From: Macrostomum lignano
Lineage: Eukaryota
Assembly (NCBI GenBank): GCA_002269645.1
Contig: NIVC01001802.1
Coordinates: 12,088-76,087, forward strand
Direction of reading: 5' to 3'
Length of the DNA stretch: 64,000 nucleotides
Made by a program: the position numbers and the translations under genes
Notes under the pieces: model-generated
What the model saw: the letters and a program-made list of their open reading frames with translations, nothing else
Told to the model about the DNA's origin: nothing
Databases searched by the model: none
Shown: positions 11,300 to 22,280 of the stretch, piece by piece
How the letters are laid out: every line of letters starts with the position of its first letter
Numbering within the stretch: the first letter of the stretch is position 1

Positions 11300-13355
11300 A
11301 TGAAAATGTCACTCAAAAATGCAGCACTGTCACTGCTGTACTTCTATATGGGAATCAGCGGCCAGGTCTCCCAGTGCGCTCCCGCTGCCTCTTCTCTACG
11401 GCTCCGCTTCGTGGCGCAGCTCAACGTGAACGGCTGCGCGCTGTTCGTGCACGACACGGGAGCGAGCGACGGTCCGCACTTGGCAGTCGAGCCGCTCATG
11501 TGCGTGATGCGAAGCTTAAAGTCTCTGAGTCCGAAAGTGGACCTAATCACGCAGCAGATGTACGTGAGCATTCCTGTGTTGATGACGGATGATGGGATGC
11601 TGGCAGAAGCTCAGCGTCAGCTGCAACATCTATCACCAAAGTCTGTGACCTTTGCGGCTGTGTCAGAAGTCAATGCTTCCACAGATGCTAACTCCACTGT
11701 TCGTTCTATTGCTTTTATCTGGAGTCCACATGAGTCCGTTGGAGATCTAAGAATCGAAACAGATATGGACAGAAGTGCATATGAGCTCTCGTAAGTTTTG
11801 AAAAATTGGGTTGGCTCATATTTACAAATCATTATAGTGAAGATTCGAACAAACCTGAACCATCCTGCTCAGATCAGAACTGCAGCTATCATCGGTCGAA
11901 TCCCTTCAGCGAATTCGCTTATCGGCGAAGCTTTTTCTCAACGGAACCTACCAGACCTACCAGTACCGAGTATCGACTCAAAATCACAGCTTCTTTGACC
12001 CCAGTGAGTACAGATTAAGGTACAGTCCCCTGCCTTCATGTCGACAACTGAGATTCATTCGTTCCATCAGTCTGGAGAACTGCTCTGTTCGAGTGCACCA
12101 GAGACTCGACATCAAGGGCCACTTCCTTATCGAGCCTCTGCTGTGCCACAACATCTCCAGCTTGAGCAGCGAGTCAATCAGATATGACTTCAGCCGCGGC
12201 AAATATTATCTCAAGCTGAACCTTTTAGTGCAGGATGAAGCATCACTTCAGACTGTGAGAACTAAACTGGCTGATTTTTCGCCTCTCTCAGTGGAGTTCA
12301 TGCGGCTGTGGACTGCTGAGAGATCGGTGAGCTCTTCGTTGAGTGCCCGGTTCGAGGTCGGTCCGCTAATGGTGTCGGCAAACTGGAGGTCCGCTCAGCT
12401 GCGGCTGTACTGCTCGTCCTTAAACCAGTGTGGCGCTGCCAGGTTGGCGCTGCAGTTAAATGCAATTTTTTAGTCCATATTGAATGACAGGAAAATTGCC
12501 TCTTGTTTTAGATTTTCTGCTCTGTCGGAGCCTGTTGACTTGTGGCGACATCTAAAATGGCGGACATCCTCTCTGGTGGCGAATCAGTGCTTATTGATGT
12601 CCCATAAGCATCTTTCGTCTTGGAGAATGAAAACGATTGGCAGTTCGCCTTCCTGCTCAACCTACAACTCCTGCCGCAATATTCCCAGCCTATTGCGATC
12701 CAAAATTGTTTCCTTCGAGACGTTTCGCAGTTTACCTGACGGCAGATGGTTCGTGACCATCCAGCAGAGGGTGAGTGGAAGCGTCAGCTTCCAGCGAACG
12801 TGGGCGGAATACGAGACTGGCTTTGGCCACGACACCGACTTTTGGATTGGTTCGTTTTTTGTTATTTTAGTAAATGTATCCATCCTGAAATTGTATAAGG
12901 CCTAAGCTGTAGTTCCAGTAGCTTTTGTTGCAATTTCAGGTCTATCTGCGATTAGTCTGCTAAGCACAGGTGGCGTCACCCTCAGAGTGGAAATGAGGCT
13001 GTGGAACGGCTCTGAGTTGCATGCGGAGTACGCGGGATTCCAGGTGGGCGACGCCAGCTCCAGGTACCGGATGACGTACCGAGAGATGCTGCCGGAGAGG
13101 TGCACCGTCAGCTGGGACGCCATGGAGCACAACAATCGGTCCCGGTTTTCCACCATGGACACAGACAACGACAGGCGCAGTGAGTCGTGCTCCGACGGCT
13201 ACGGCAAAGGTGGCTGGTGGTTCAACAACTGCATGCACTTCAACCCAAACGGGATTTTTTCCACCCGTGAGACTTCGGACGATGCGTACATGTCTTGGTT
13301 TTCGCGTCGCCGGTGGCTGGCACTTCGCCAAGTACGACTGCTGCTCCAGATTTGA
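11300..13355 (+). CDS. Secreted FReD family paralogue B, 604 aa
   Basis: Exons 11300..11790, 11873..12442, 12512..12849, 12940..13355 total 1815 nt with the same intron phases as paralogue A. FReD motifs [47 protein letters not shown]. The exon 3 acceptor could alternatively be at 12491. Confidence 0.85.
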
Positions 13356-14072
13356 CAGGAAAAGAAACAAATGAATTCTCACAAATGCTCAGCAATAATG
13401 TCTAAATATCTCTTAATCTGAAGGCATCTAATCTAATCTGCATTGTTAATATATAAAATTTTTCTATGATTAACTGAGTAATCGTCATCTCTTTTTTGCC
13501 TGATTCAAAATAGCAAATTTAATTGGTCATTGTACTTTAAGAAGTCTTTTAAAAGTCTTTTTTTGATAAATAGAAATTGATTAAATAAAATTGAATAATG
13601 TCTATACTCGAGTTGCACTACTGCTGCGTCCTGTGCTAACAATTGAGTGAGGCTTTTTCAATTACCGATCTGAAAAGCGTCAAACTCGTCCAAATGCTTA
13701 GAAGACTCAGTCTGATAAAGTCTGCTTGAGCACAGAGAGACAATTAAGAGCCATGTCTGTTGCATCACATAGATTTTGTGAATCGCGTCTTTAAGTATAA
13801 AGATCTGTAGCCTTTTGAGTCTATTGGATTTAGAAAGTCCGATAATTGAATAAAGATAATTCTGAGTTATTTTGTCAACAAAGTTCTCATATCAAATTAG
13901 TTAGCCATATAGTAAATAGATTTTACAATATTTAGCCTTGTTTTTATCCTCTGACAATGAATTGTAGTTTGATATACGTCACTGTCAGTACATGCAGGTA
14001 GCAGTTAGGTTCGAAGCTGTTGTTGAATTGCGAAGCTAAGGGGAACCTCAAAGTCTCTGCTAGTACTTTAGG

Positions 14073-14195
14073 CACTTTAAGCACTGTAAGCACTGTAAGC
14101 ACTGTAAGCACTGGAAGCACTGTAAGCACTGGAAGCACTGTAAGCACTGGAAGCACTGTAAGCACTGTAAACACTGTAAGCACTGTAAACAGCAC
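14073..14195. repeat. 9-bp tandem repeat (aagcactgt/aagcactgg)
   Basis: About 13 tandem units between paralogues B and C. Confidence 0.9.
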
Positions 14196-14597
14196 TCCTT
14201 CACCTTTTATCAACTATAGCTCGACCCGGCCTCCAGGGTTTAGTCTCGAGACTTCCGAAGCTCACTTGATAGTATAAAAATAACCCCTGAACTTGATCGC
14301 GCTGAAATTCTGCATTAGCATCCTGTATCTGAATAGGCAATTAGAAGCTCTTGCAGATTAAAAATAGATATGTTTTTAAAGCGTCTCTTCCTAATTATAG
14401 AGCATTTATTTATTCAAAACTTTCTATAGTGTTCCCGTTTGTCTCGCATTTCTAAATTGCAGACTATTATAAATAAAAGAATGCTAACAGCAAAGATGAA
14501 GTGCAATTCAACCTATTTTAAAACGCGTTTGTAAAATTCTACACATCTTTAAACACAAAGCAGATTGTAGAGTCTTCAATTCTCACAAACAAAGATA

Positions 14598-17500
14598 ATG
14601 GAGCAACTAAATTTGCTTTTCAAAACTTTGCTGGCTCTGCTGCTCTGCTCGCTGGCAGCCGGCCAGGTCTCCCAGTGCGCTCCCGCTGACTCTCCGCGGC
14701 TCCGCTTCGTGGCGCAGCTCAGCGTGAACGGCTGCGCGCTGTTCGTGCACGACACGGGAGCGAGCGACGGTCCGCACTTGGCAGTCGAGCCGCTCATGTG
14801 CGTGACGGACAGCCTGAGAGGCATTGTTCCCCGATTCGACTTCATCACCCAGCAGATGTACTTCAGCGTTCCTGTATTGATGCGGGACGCTGGGATGCTC
14901 GCAGAGGCTCAGCGTCAACTGCGGCATCTTTCACCGAGGTCTGTGAGCTTCGCCACGGTGACCAACATCAGCGTCTCAGCCGACACCCGCTCATCGGTTC
15001 GGGCTTTGGGCGTCCTGTGGACTCCGGATGAGCCAGTCGCCACTCTCAGATTGAAAAACATCAGCTCGGAGGACAATTCAAGTCGAGTTCCAAAGACATG
15101 GTTAATTAAAAACATTCTTCCAATGCAATGCGTGTACAGTCAGAAGAACAGTGATGGCCTTAGAAATTCACCCCGAGAAGCTCTTGAAAAAGTGAAGCTA
15201 ACAGCTTCAATCATTGCAAACGGCTCCTGCCACGATGTTCAGAGTCGCCTCCGGCTGCAGAATGACATCCTCCTCGACTCAGAGATAAACGCACAAAGAT
15301 TCTCACCCCTGATGACATGCCGACAGCTGAAATTCAGCCGCACCGTCAATCTCGAGAACTGCTCTGCCCGAGTGCACCAGAGACTCGACATGAAGGGCCA
15401 CTTCCTCATCGAGCCTCTGCTGTGCCACAACATCTCCAGCTTGAGCAGCGAGTCAGTCAGGTATGACTACAGCCGAGACATGCACTACCTGAAGCTGGAT
15501 CTGGTACTGCAAGATGAGGCCACACGCGATGATGTGAGGACTCAGTTGGCCGACTTGTCGCCTCTCTCGGTCGATTTCATGCGGCTGTGGACTGCTGAGA
15601 GATCGGTGAGCTCTTCGTTGAGTGCTCGGTTCGAGGTCGGTCCGCTGATGGTGTCGGCAGACTGGAAATCAGCTCAGCTGCGGCTGCTCTGCACTACATC
15701 ATTGCAGTGCCGAGAACTCAGGTTTGATGATATTATGACATTGAAATGAAGAAATTTGAAATTTGAAATTTCGGTTTCGGTTTTTGCGAATGCGTTATTA
15801 GTATATAATTTCTGAGCGCTCTTTAGCAGCAGTTTACTATTCTGCCTGCTCGCATGACATAAAAATACTGTCGTCATTTTGCACAAAATGTGTGATTATT
15901 TTATTCGATGACGCAGTGAACGCTCCTAAAGTTTGCAAGTTTATCAAGCATCCAAAATTCAAATTGGTCCTTTCAGCTTCTGAATTAGTTATGCTATCGA
16001 AAAACATCAAGTGAGTCCTTCAGTTTAGGGAGTCGTATTCTTCTGTAATACGTTTTTTATGAGCTAGGAGTGTAGTCACCCAACAGTTTCCATCACAAGA
16101 TCAATAGCAAGAAGTTGGAAGCATATGCAATAAGTCCTGTACAACCAAAACAGTATTGGAGGTGCTGCTGCTAACGCTGCAGGCAACTATCCAACACCAC
16201 TGAGACAGGTGGGAATTCACTGTTTCATCAACTTCTAGCAGCTGGCTGATTCTGTCCCACAGTTTCTTATGCTTTGGATTATATTCACACAAAGGATCGC
16301 CCTCTTACGCAAGGCATTTATGACATTGCAAGACTTTTGCCATTTTAGCTCTTTGATTTTCCATAATGCTCATATGTCTTTTGACCATTTCTTACGTCGA
16401 TTCAAAGTTTTATTAGCAAAATATTGTTCAACTTCAGGTCTGTGCTTCTTTTGGAACCTGTTGATATCTGGCGACACGTGCAGTGGCGCGTGACATCGCT
16501 GGTTGCTGAGCAGTGCCTCTTCGAGTCCAGCCGAATCACTTCATCATGGAGAATGAAACCACTTGGGAGTGCAGCCAGCTGCTCCAGCCTCAGTTCCCGG
16601 GCCGAGCTGTGCACAGCCGACTTTGCTAAGCGAGTTAAGCGAGACGGTCGTTGTTTCACAATAATTCAGCAGCGACTCACCGATAAAGTGAGTTTTCAGC
16701 GAAACTGGACTGAGTACGAGACTGGCTTCGGTGACGATATTGACTTCTGGATCGGTGAGTGGTGTCGGGCCAGTTGTTTAGCGTGAGTCGAAAAACTTTA
16801 AGCAAAGCCTTGCGAAAAATTTTAGAAGTTCTTATTATGTCAGTAGGTCGCGTGTTAGACGAGACCGATGGTCAGTTATAGGAGACCGAAGAGATTTCTG
16901 AATTTGTGACCGTCCGCAGTATTCAATTTTCATTTGGTCCTTTGGTGGACGAATTGATAGATAGATGAGTAAGTGAATGAATGGATGAATGAGTTGATCA
17001 GTAGCGCAAACAGAAATTTTTTGAGGGTGGGATTCTGGAGGGTAAAGTCCCCGGGGGGGGGGCGGAGGGGTGGCTCTGTTTTTTGCGAAAATTCGCTTGG
17101 TCCCCCCTTCGATTTTTTTGGGTCTCCGCCTAAAGGGCCCCCCTGGTTGCGCCCCTGGAGTTGATGAATTGATTGGTGGATAGGTGGGTCCAGGGTCCAG
17201 GGTGGACGCATGGTATAGATATGTGAGTATACTGTTGAAAGAGTCACGAGAGAGAACTAGGGGAGGGTGCTCAACGGATCAAGTAGCTAGTCAATCTCTT
17301 CACTGCTAAGTGAATCGCTTAGAAAGTGGGGAACTCCCAGCACACAGCTACATGTATTGTCTTGTATTTCGAGTATGTCGGATGCTTAGGGGGGCCGTAG
17401 CCCAGCGGTAGCGCAGCTGCTCTGGTGTGCCAGCGACCCAGGCTCGATTCCAAGTGCAGTCACATTAATTTGGGGCTGAATTGGAATCTCGGCTTGGCTC

Positions 17501-18249
17501 TGCTCGTGCAATTAACGGCCTTGAGAGCCAACCCCCCAAGGCGCAGTGAAGTGTACATGCCTAACGATAATATAAAGTTAGGGCCGCTGTACACTCCTGT
17601 GTGAGTGTGTGCCTGCGTACGTATCCGCGCGCTTGTGTGCCTGCTCAGGGGAGTCGGCGGAATGGGCAGTAATGCCTCTCGCCGGTTGTGTGCCTATGTC
17701 GCCTAAAGTGCGCCAGGGTGCACACAACCCCCCTGCCTCTAATAAAAAAAAATGTCGGATGCTTTTCGGGCCGCCACATCACCAACTAATACAACTGCAG
17801 GCCTGCAGAAGATCCACAGTCTGAGTGGCGCAACGCCGCGCCTGTTTCGAATGGAAGCTCGCAACCATCAGAACGGCAAGCTGTACGTGTGCGAGTACTC
17901 TCACTTCTCGGTTGGCAGCGCCAGCACGCGGTACAGGCTGAGTGTCAGCGGTTACCTGCCCGGCAGCTCCAACACCTCTAAGGACGCATTCTCCTACAAC
18001 AACAATCTGACCTTCTCAACAATGGACTCGGGGTCGAATTCTCGCTGCTCAAGACAGAATAGTAACGCTGGATGGTGGTACGACAGCTGCACCTACGTCA
18101 ATCCAAACGGCTACTTTAACTTGTCGGAGATCGGCAGCAGATGGAACAGTTCGAGAAATATGCAGTGGCTTTACGCAGCTGACTATGTGGGGGGATTCAC
18201 GATCAGACCAATGCTGAGAAGTATTCGTCTAATGTTGGAAATTAGCTGA
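14598..18249 (+). CDS. Secreted FReD family paralogue C, 629 aa
   Basis: Exons 14598..15721, 16438..16754, 17801..18249 total 1890 nt with GT-AG junctions. Signal-like MEQLNLLFKTLLALLLCSLAAG. FReD motifs IIQQR, SFQRNWTEYETGFG, DFWIGLQKIH, FSTMD, AGWWYDSC, NPNG. Confidence 0.8.
16999..17157. mobile_element. Short hAT-type MITE in intron 2 of paralogue C
   Basis: Imperfect TIR cagtagcgcaaacag / ctggttgcgcccctg and a perfect 8-bp TSD gagttgat (16991-16998, 17158-17165). Confidence 0.75.
17389..17752 (+). mobile_element. tRNA-derived SINE, family B, copy 1
   Basis: A box tagcccagcggtag, B box ggctcgattcc, aataaa plus an A tail, and a ~13-bp TSD atgtcggatgctt. A close copy lies on the minus strand at 23674-24034. 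Confidence 0.85.
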
Positions 18250-19669
18250 GTGAAGCTAGCTGCATGTTCTGAATGAAATTTTCAATCGACTCCGAATCTG
18301 AACTGATAGCCATGTGCTGACAAGAGATTTTCTGGTTCAACTTAGAAATCCTATAGTGTGTATTGCTTAATTTGTAGTGATTTCGGGGCCTCATCTGTGG
18401 TTCGTTAGAAGGTCACACGGGAGGCCTGATGAGTCGATTTTCCATTTTAGCTAATCAACACACATTGACTATGAAATAATTAATATATCTGTGATATAAT
18501 CTACTCAATAATTACTCAAAATCTATAAAATCAAGATGCGAAAATTTTGAATGTTTATAATCTCGCTTTTTAAAAACAACTTTTATTCGAACGCTAAATT
18601 ATACTAATTATCCATATTTTACCTATCGTTTTATTTTTATTCCAACAAAATTTATTCAGAAATTTCCCCAGAATTAACGGCACTTTCTGTTTGATGTTTT
18701 TATTCAAGATTTTCTTTAATACCGAAGTCAACTAGCAACTAGCAACTAGCAATCTCAGAATTTATGATTATAATATTAGCCTGCTGCTAGCTACTCTACT
18801 TATACACAGATTTATTACGCAGTAAACTAATGAAGTATATTTATAATCCCAAAAAATATAAACAATGTTTGTTAAAACTGAGAATATTATAATTTGAATT
18901 TGAATCATTACTCGATTCGTTTTTGACGTACAAACTGCATGCTTTAATTTGGTCTTGTGTTGTGTATTTGCTGAATGGTACAGTATGGCTATAGTTGATG
19001 AATATGAGATGCATTTTATGCAAATCAATAAACAACTCTAAATTTAATATTTATTGATACTGTTTCACTTCAAAGTATTTTTAATCAAATCATAAGATCA
19101 CAATATATCTTTTGCATGAATCCCAACCCCGTCTTCACGGATGGCATGCTGGGCGTACCATATTATATACTAGAAAGAAATATTTCTTGCTTAACGTGTC
19201 TATGGCACAATCTTTTTTTCTGACTTCTCAGTTTTCTACATCCCCACAACTCACGGATGGCACGCCCTGCGTGCCATCATAGATCGAAAGACTTTTTTGT
19301 TCTTGTTATTCCATGTTTAGTGTCCGAGGAAATTTTCTATTTTAAGAATTCGAAATTCTAAGTAAACAGTCTAGCAAAATACTATAACAATAGAAGCACT
19401 GGGATTCGGATAACTGGGATTTTGAGACACATGGGACTTCGACGGACTCGGAATTATACGAACTGGGACTTGTACGAACTATTCAAACAAGCTAAGGAGG
19501 TAAAGAAGCTTAGCTAATTTAACTAGCACTTCAACATAAAACAAGCGAGAAGTAGCTTACTCTCTGACTTGTAGCAATAGAAAATTGACAAGATAATTCG
19601 GCAGAACGGGATCGATTTGGATGTCAGGAATTCAGATGGTTACAGAGTAACAGTAAGTCGACTGTACAA

Positions 19670-21401
19670 TCAGTTCCCCGCGGCAGTGTGCCAGCTCTGA
19701 AAGCAAGGAGCTGCGCAAAGTCCAGGCTCTCCAGGGCAAGCATCGCACACGTAGACAGTTCGCTTGACCGAGCCGTTTCCATAGCAGAATCTGCACCGCT
19801 TAGTCGGTCTCATATTGGCCTCTGTCGGTGGTAGTTTGGATGGGGTTTGCAGCGAGGCAGCTCGACGCTTCGATGTGTTCTGTCGCTTGCCCCGACCCGT
19901 CTGCTCCATCAGAAGGCGGATCGTAGCCTCCAAGAAGTCTAAGAACTTGATGCAGTTGCCAGAATGGCAGTAACAAATCCAAGCATTGCGGACCAACTGA
20001 AGCAAAATATGAAACCCGAGCTTCTGGTGCCACCTGTGCGTCCTTCTTCCTGCACTGTAGGGTTGTAGCGCTGCGTCAAGGCGATCGGCGCCTCCCATAC
20101 TCTTGTTGTACTGCAGCAATGAGTTGGGCTTCAAAACTGTCTCCACTACGCCGCCTCGAATTACTCGCCTCACCTCCGTGCTTCCAGCGACGCCGTGGGT
20201 GTCCAAAAGGTAAACAGTTTTGCGACCACTGCCTTTCTGTCAACGAGCTTGACGGCAACAACATCGCCTCGGCGCATGTGAGAGTGACTTATGGGTTGCA
20301 GTGCCAGCACCTTTAGCTCGTTGGGGATGCCTCGGTCGACTCTCACGGTTCCTGTCAGCATGGTATTACGTTCGAGCAGAAACTGAGCTAGGCGAAGCGA
20401 CGTGAACCAGCTGTCACAGTAGATCCGGTAGCCCAAGCCCAGCAAGTCCTTGCTTAGCTCGACAACAATCTTTTCACTGAAAGATAAATTCCCGCAGTTC
20501 ACTCCTTCTCCAAACCTGTCGTTGTCCTGCTTCACAGCATGCACACGGAAGTTCCACAGAAATCCGGTGGAAGCCTCTGTGAGACAGTAGACCTTTATGC
20601 CGAACCTGGCGCGCTTGTTGGGCATGAACTGTCGGAAAATGAGTCTGCCTTAGTACATGACCAACTCTTCATCTACTGAAACGTCCTGATTCGGGCAGTA
20701 GTTGGCTTGGCAAATACCACGCGCAATGTCTAAAAATGGCCTGATTTTCTTCAGGGAATCCTGGTGATTATTTACTGCGGTGCAGTCGTAGAATCGGAGG
20801 AATGACAAGAGCTGAATGAACCGATCCCTTCCGAGGCAATGCTCTTTTTGAAAATATTCACCACCGTAGAAATCGCCAGTCGACCAATACATGTGCAATT
20901 CGGGCTTCTTCACTAGACCCATGTACAGGACAATGGCGAGACATTTCCTCACTTCGTTGTCGGTGCATTGTCTCCAAGATGATAGTAAGGGGGAAGAGGT
21001 CCATCAGCCTCAGTTGCAATGTTTTGGAGCTCGAAATCAGCTCGAGCATTGGTCCAAAATCGAATGGCAGACACCAGATCAGAGGTAATAAAGTGCTGGA
21101 GGAAGAATTTGATCCGAGCCATTGTGTTTTCCGGCGCTTGGGCTAATAGATCCGGGTTCAGAACGGGCACTCCGAGGAATTCTGGCGCATCCCGGAGACG
21201 CGAGTCTTCACCCTCCTGAACGAAATTCCATCCATTTTCAATCAAAGCTTCTTCTACCTGAGAGCCTTCCACGTCACTCTGGCCATCTTCTTCATCCACC
21301 TCGCCATCAATGCTTGCGTACTCGCTGGCGCTGTTATCACTGGTCAAAGCCGGTGAGTCGTCAAGAAAGTCAACGGCATCCTCATGAAAATTGCTAGCCA
21401 T
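19670..21401 (-). pseudogene. Decayed piggyBac transposase
   Basis: Acidic N-terminus, WRQCTDNEVRKCLAIVLYMGLV, catalytic motifs VSVDEEL / YCDSWFTS / YNKSMGGADRLD, MPNKRARFGIK, and a C-terminal Cys-rich domain (CRFC...CDAC...LC...CF..WH). Disabled by frameshifts near 20990 and 20210 and an in-frame TAA at 20650-20652. Confidence 0.9.
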
Positions 21402-22280
21402 TTATACTTGTCTCGAAGGATTTGATTAGAACCAGTATTGAAAGCAGTAATAAGGTAGCCTAGGGGCACAAAAATATATGTTATAAAATCGTAAAGTTTT
21501 ACTCCAGAGAGTCAGTCATTCTATTTTGAAAAAATACTGTAAAAGAAAAACAAGAGGGGTCGATATTGGCCATAGACAGTCTCCAGGATAGGGCTGCGTA
21601 AAATCAATCGATTGATGGAAAAAGAAGCTGCCAAGTTAGTCTGTGCTAATAGTTTATGTAATTAGCCGTTTGCTGACACAGTGCTCATTGTTTAGCAATT
21701 TGACGATCATTATTCACATTTTTAATGCAGAACAATCCACTACTACAAACAATGCATTGTCTGTAGGATCGTCAAACAGAAAAACAATGCAAAGAATCAG
21801 CGGTCGCAGCACGTGACAACGATTTGTCTATGATATTAAGGGGGGAAAAGATGAATATCTTTATCCAGTTCCCTAAAATAGCCAGGCTTTAAGTTGAAAG
21901 TGTCTTTGGTTGTTTCTGCAATTACACATCTACTGTCTATGGCTTCAAGTTGAAAGTGACTGTTGGCTAAATTTAGAATGGCTATTTTAGGAAACTGGAT
22001 AAAGATTTCCATTCCAAAGTTGGCAGAAAAAATCTTACAGGTGTCAGGATTCACCTGCTGCGAGCCTGTAAAGATTCACTGTATTGCCTTGGCACAGTTT
22101 CACTACAAAGTTTGTCCATTTTTTGGATCACCCGTTATAATAGTCCAGATGCCAAAGAGGGATACTTGGATACTAGCTACTTTAATTTGAATTCAGCATT
22201 TTTTATTAGATAATGGTAATCGCTAAAATGAAAGTTCACTATCGCTTTATCGTCGTTTAATTATAAGCTGCGTCTTCCGA

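Noticed and set aside
18380-18445. ctgatga motif with a ggcctc/gaggcc stem, considered as a hammerhead
   Set aside because: There is no correctly placed stem II plus GAAA on either strand.
19190-21585. Candidate piggyBac TIRs (ttaacgtgtctatggc / gccatagacagt)
   Set aside because: Only 10 bp are complementary and there is no TTAA at the right end, so element boundaries are not called.
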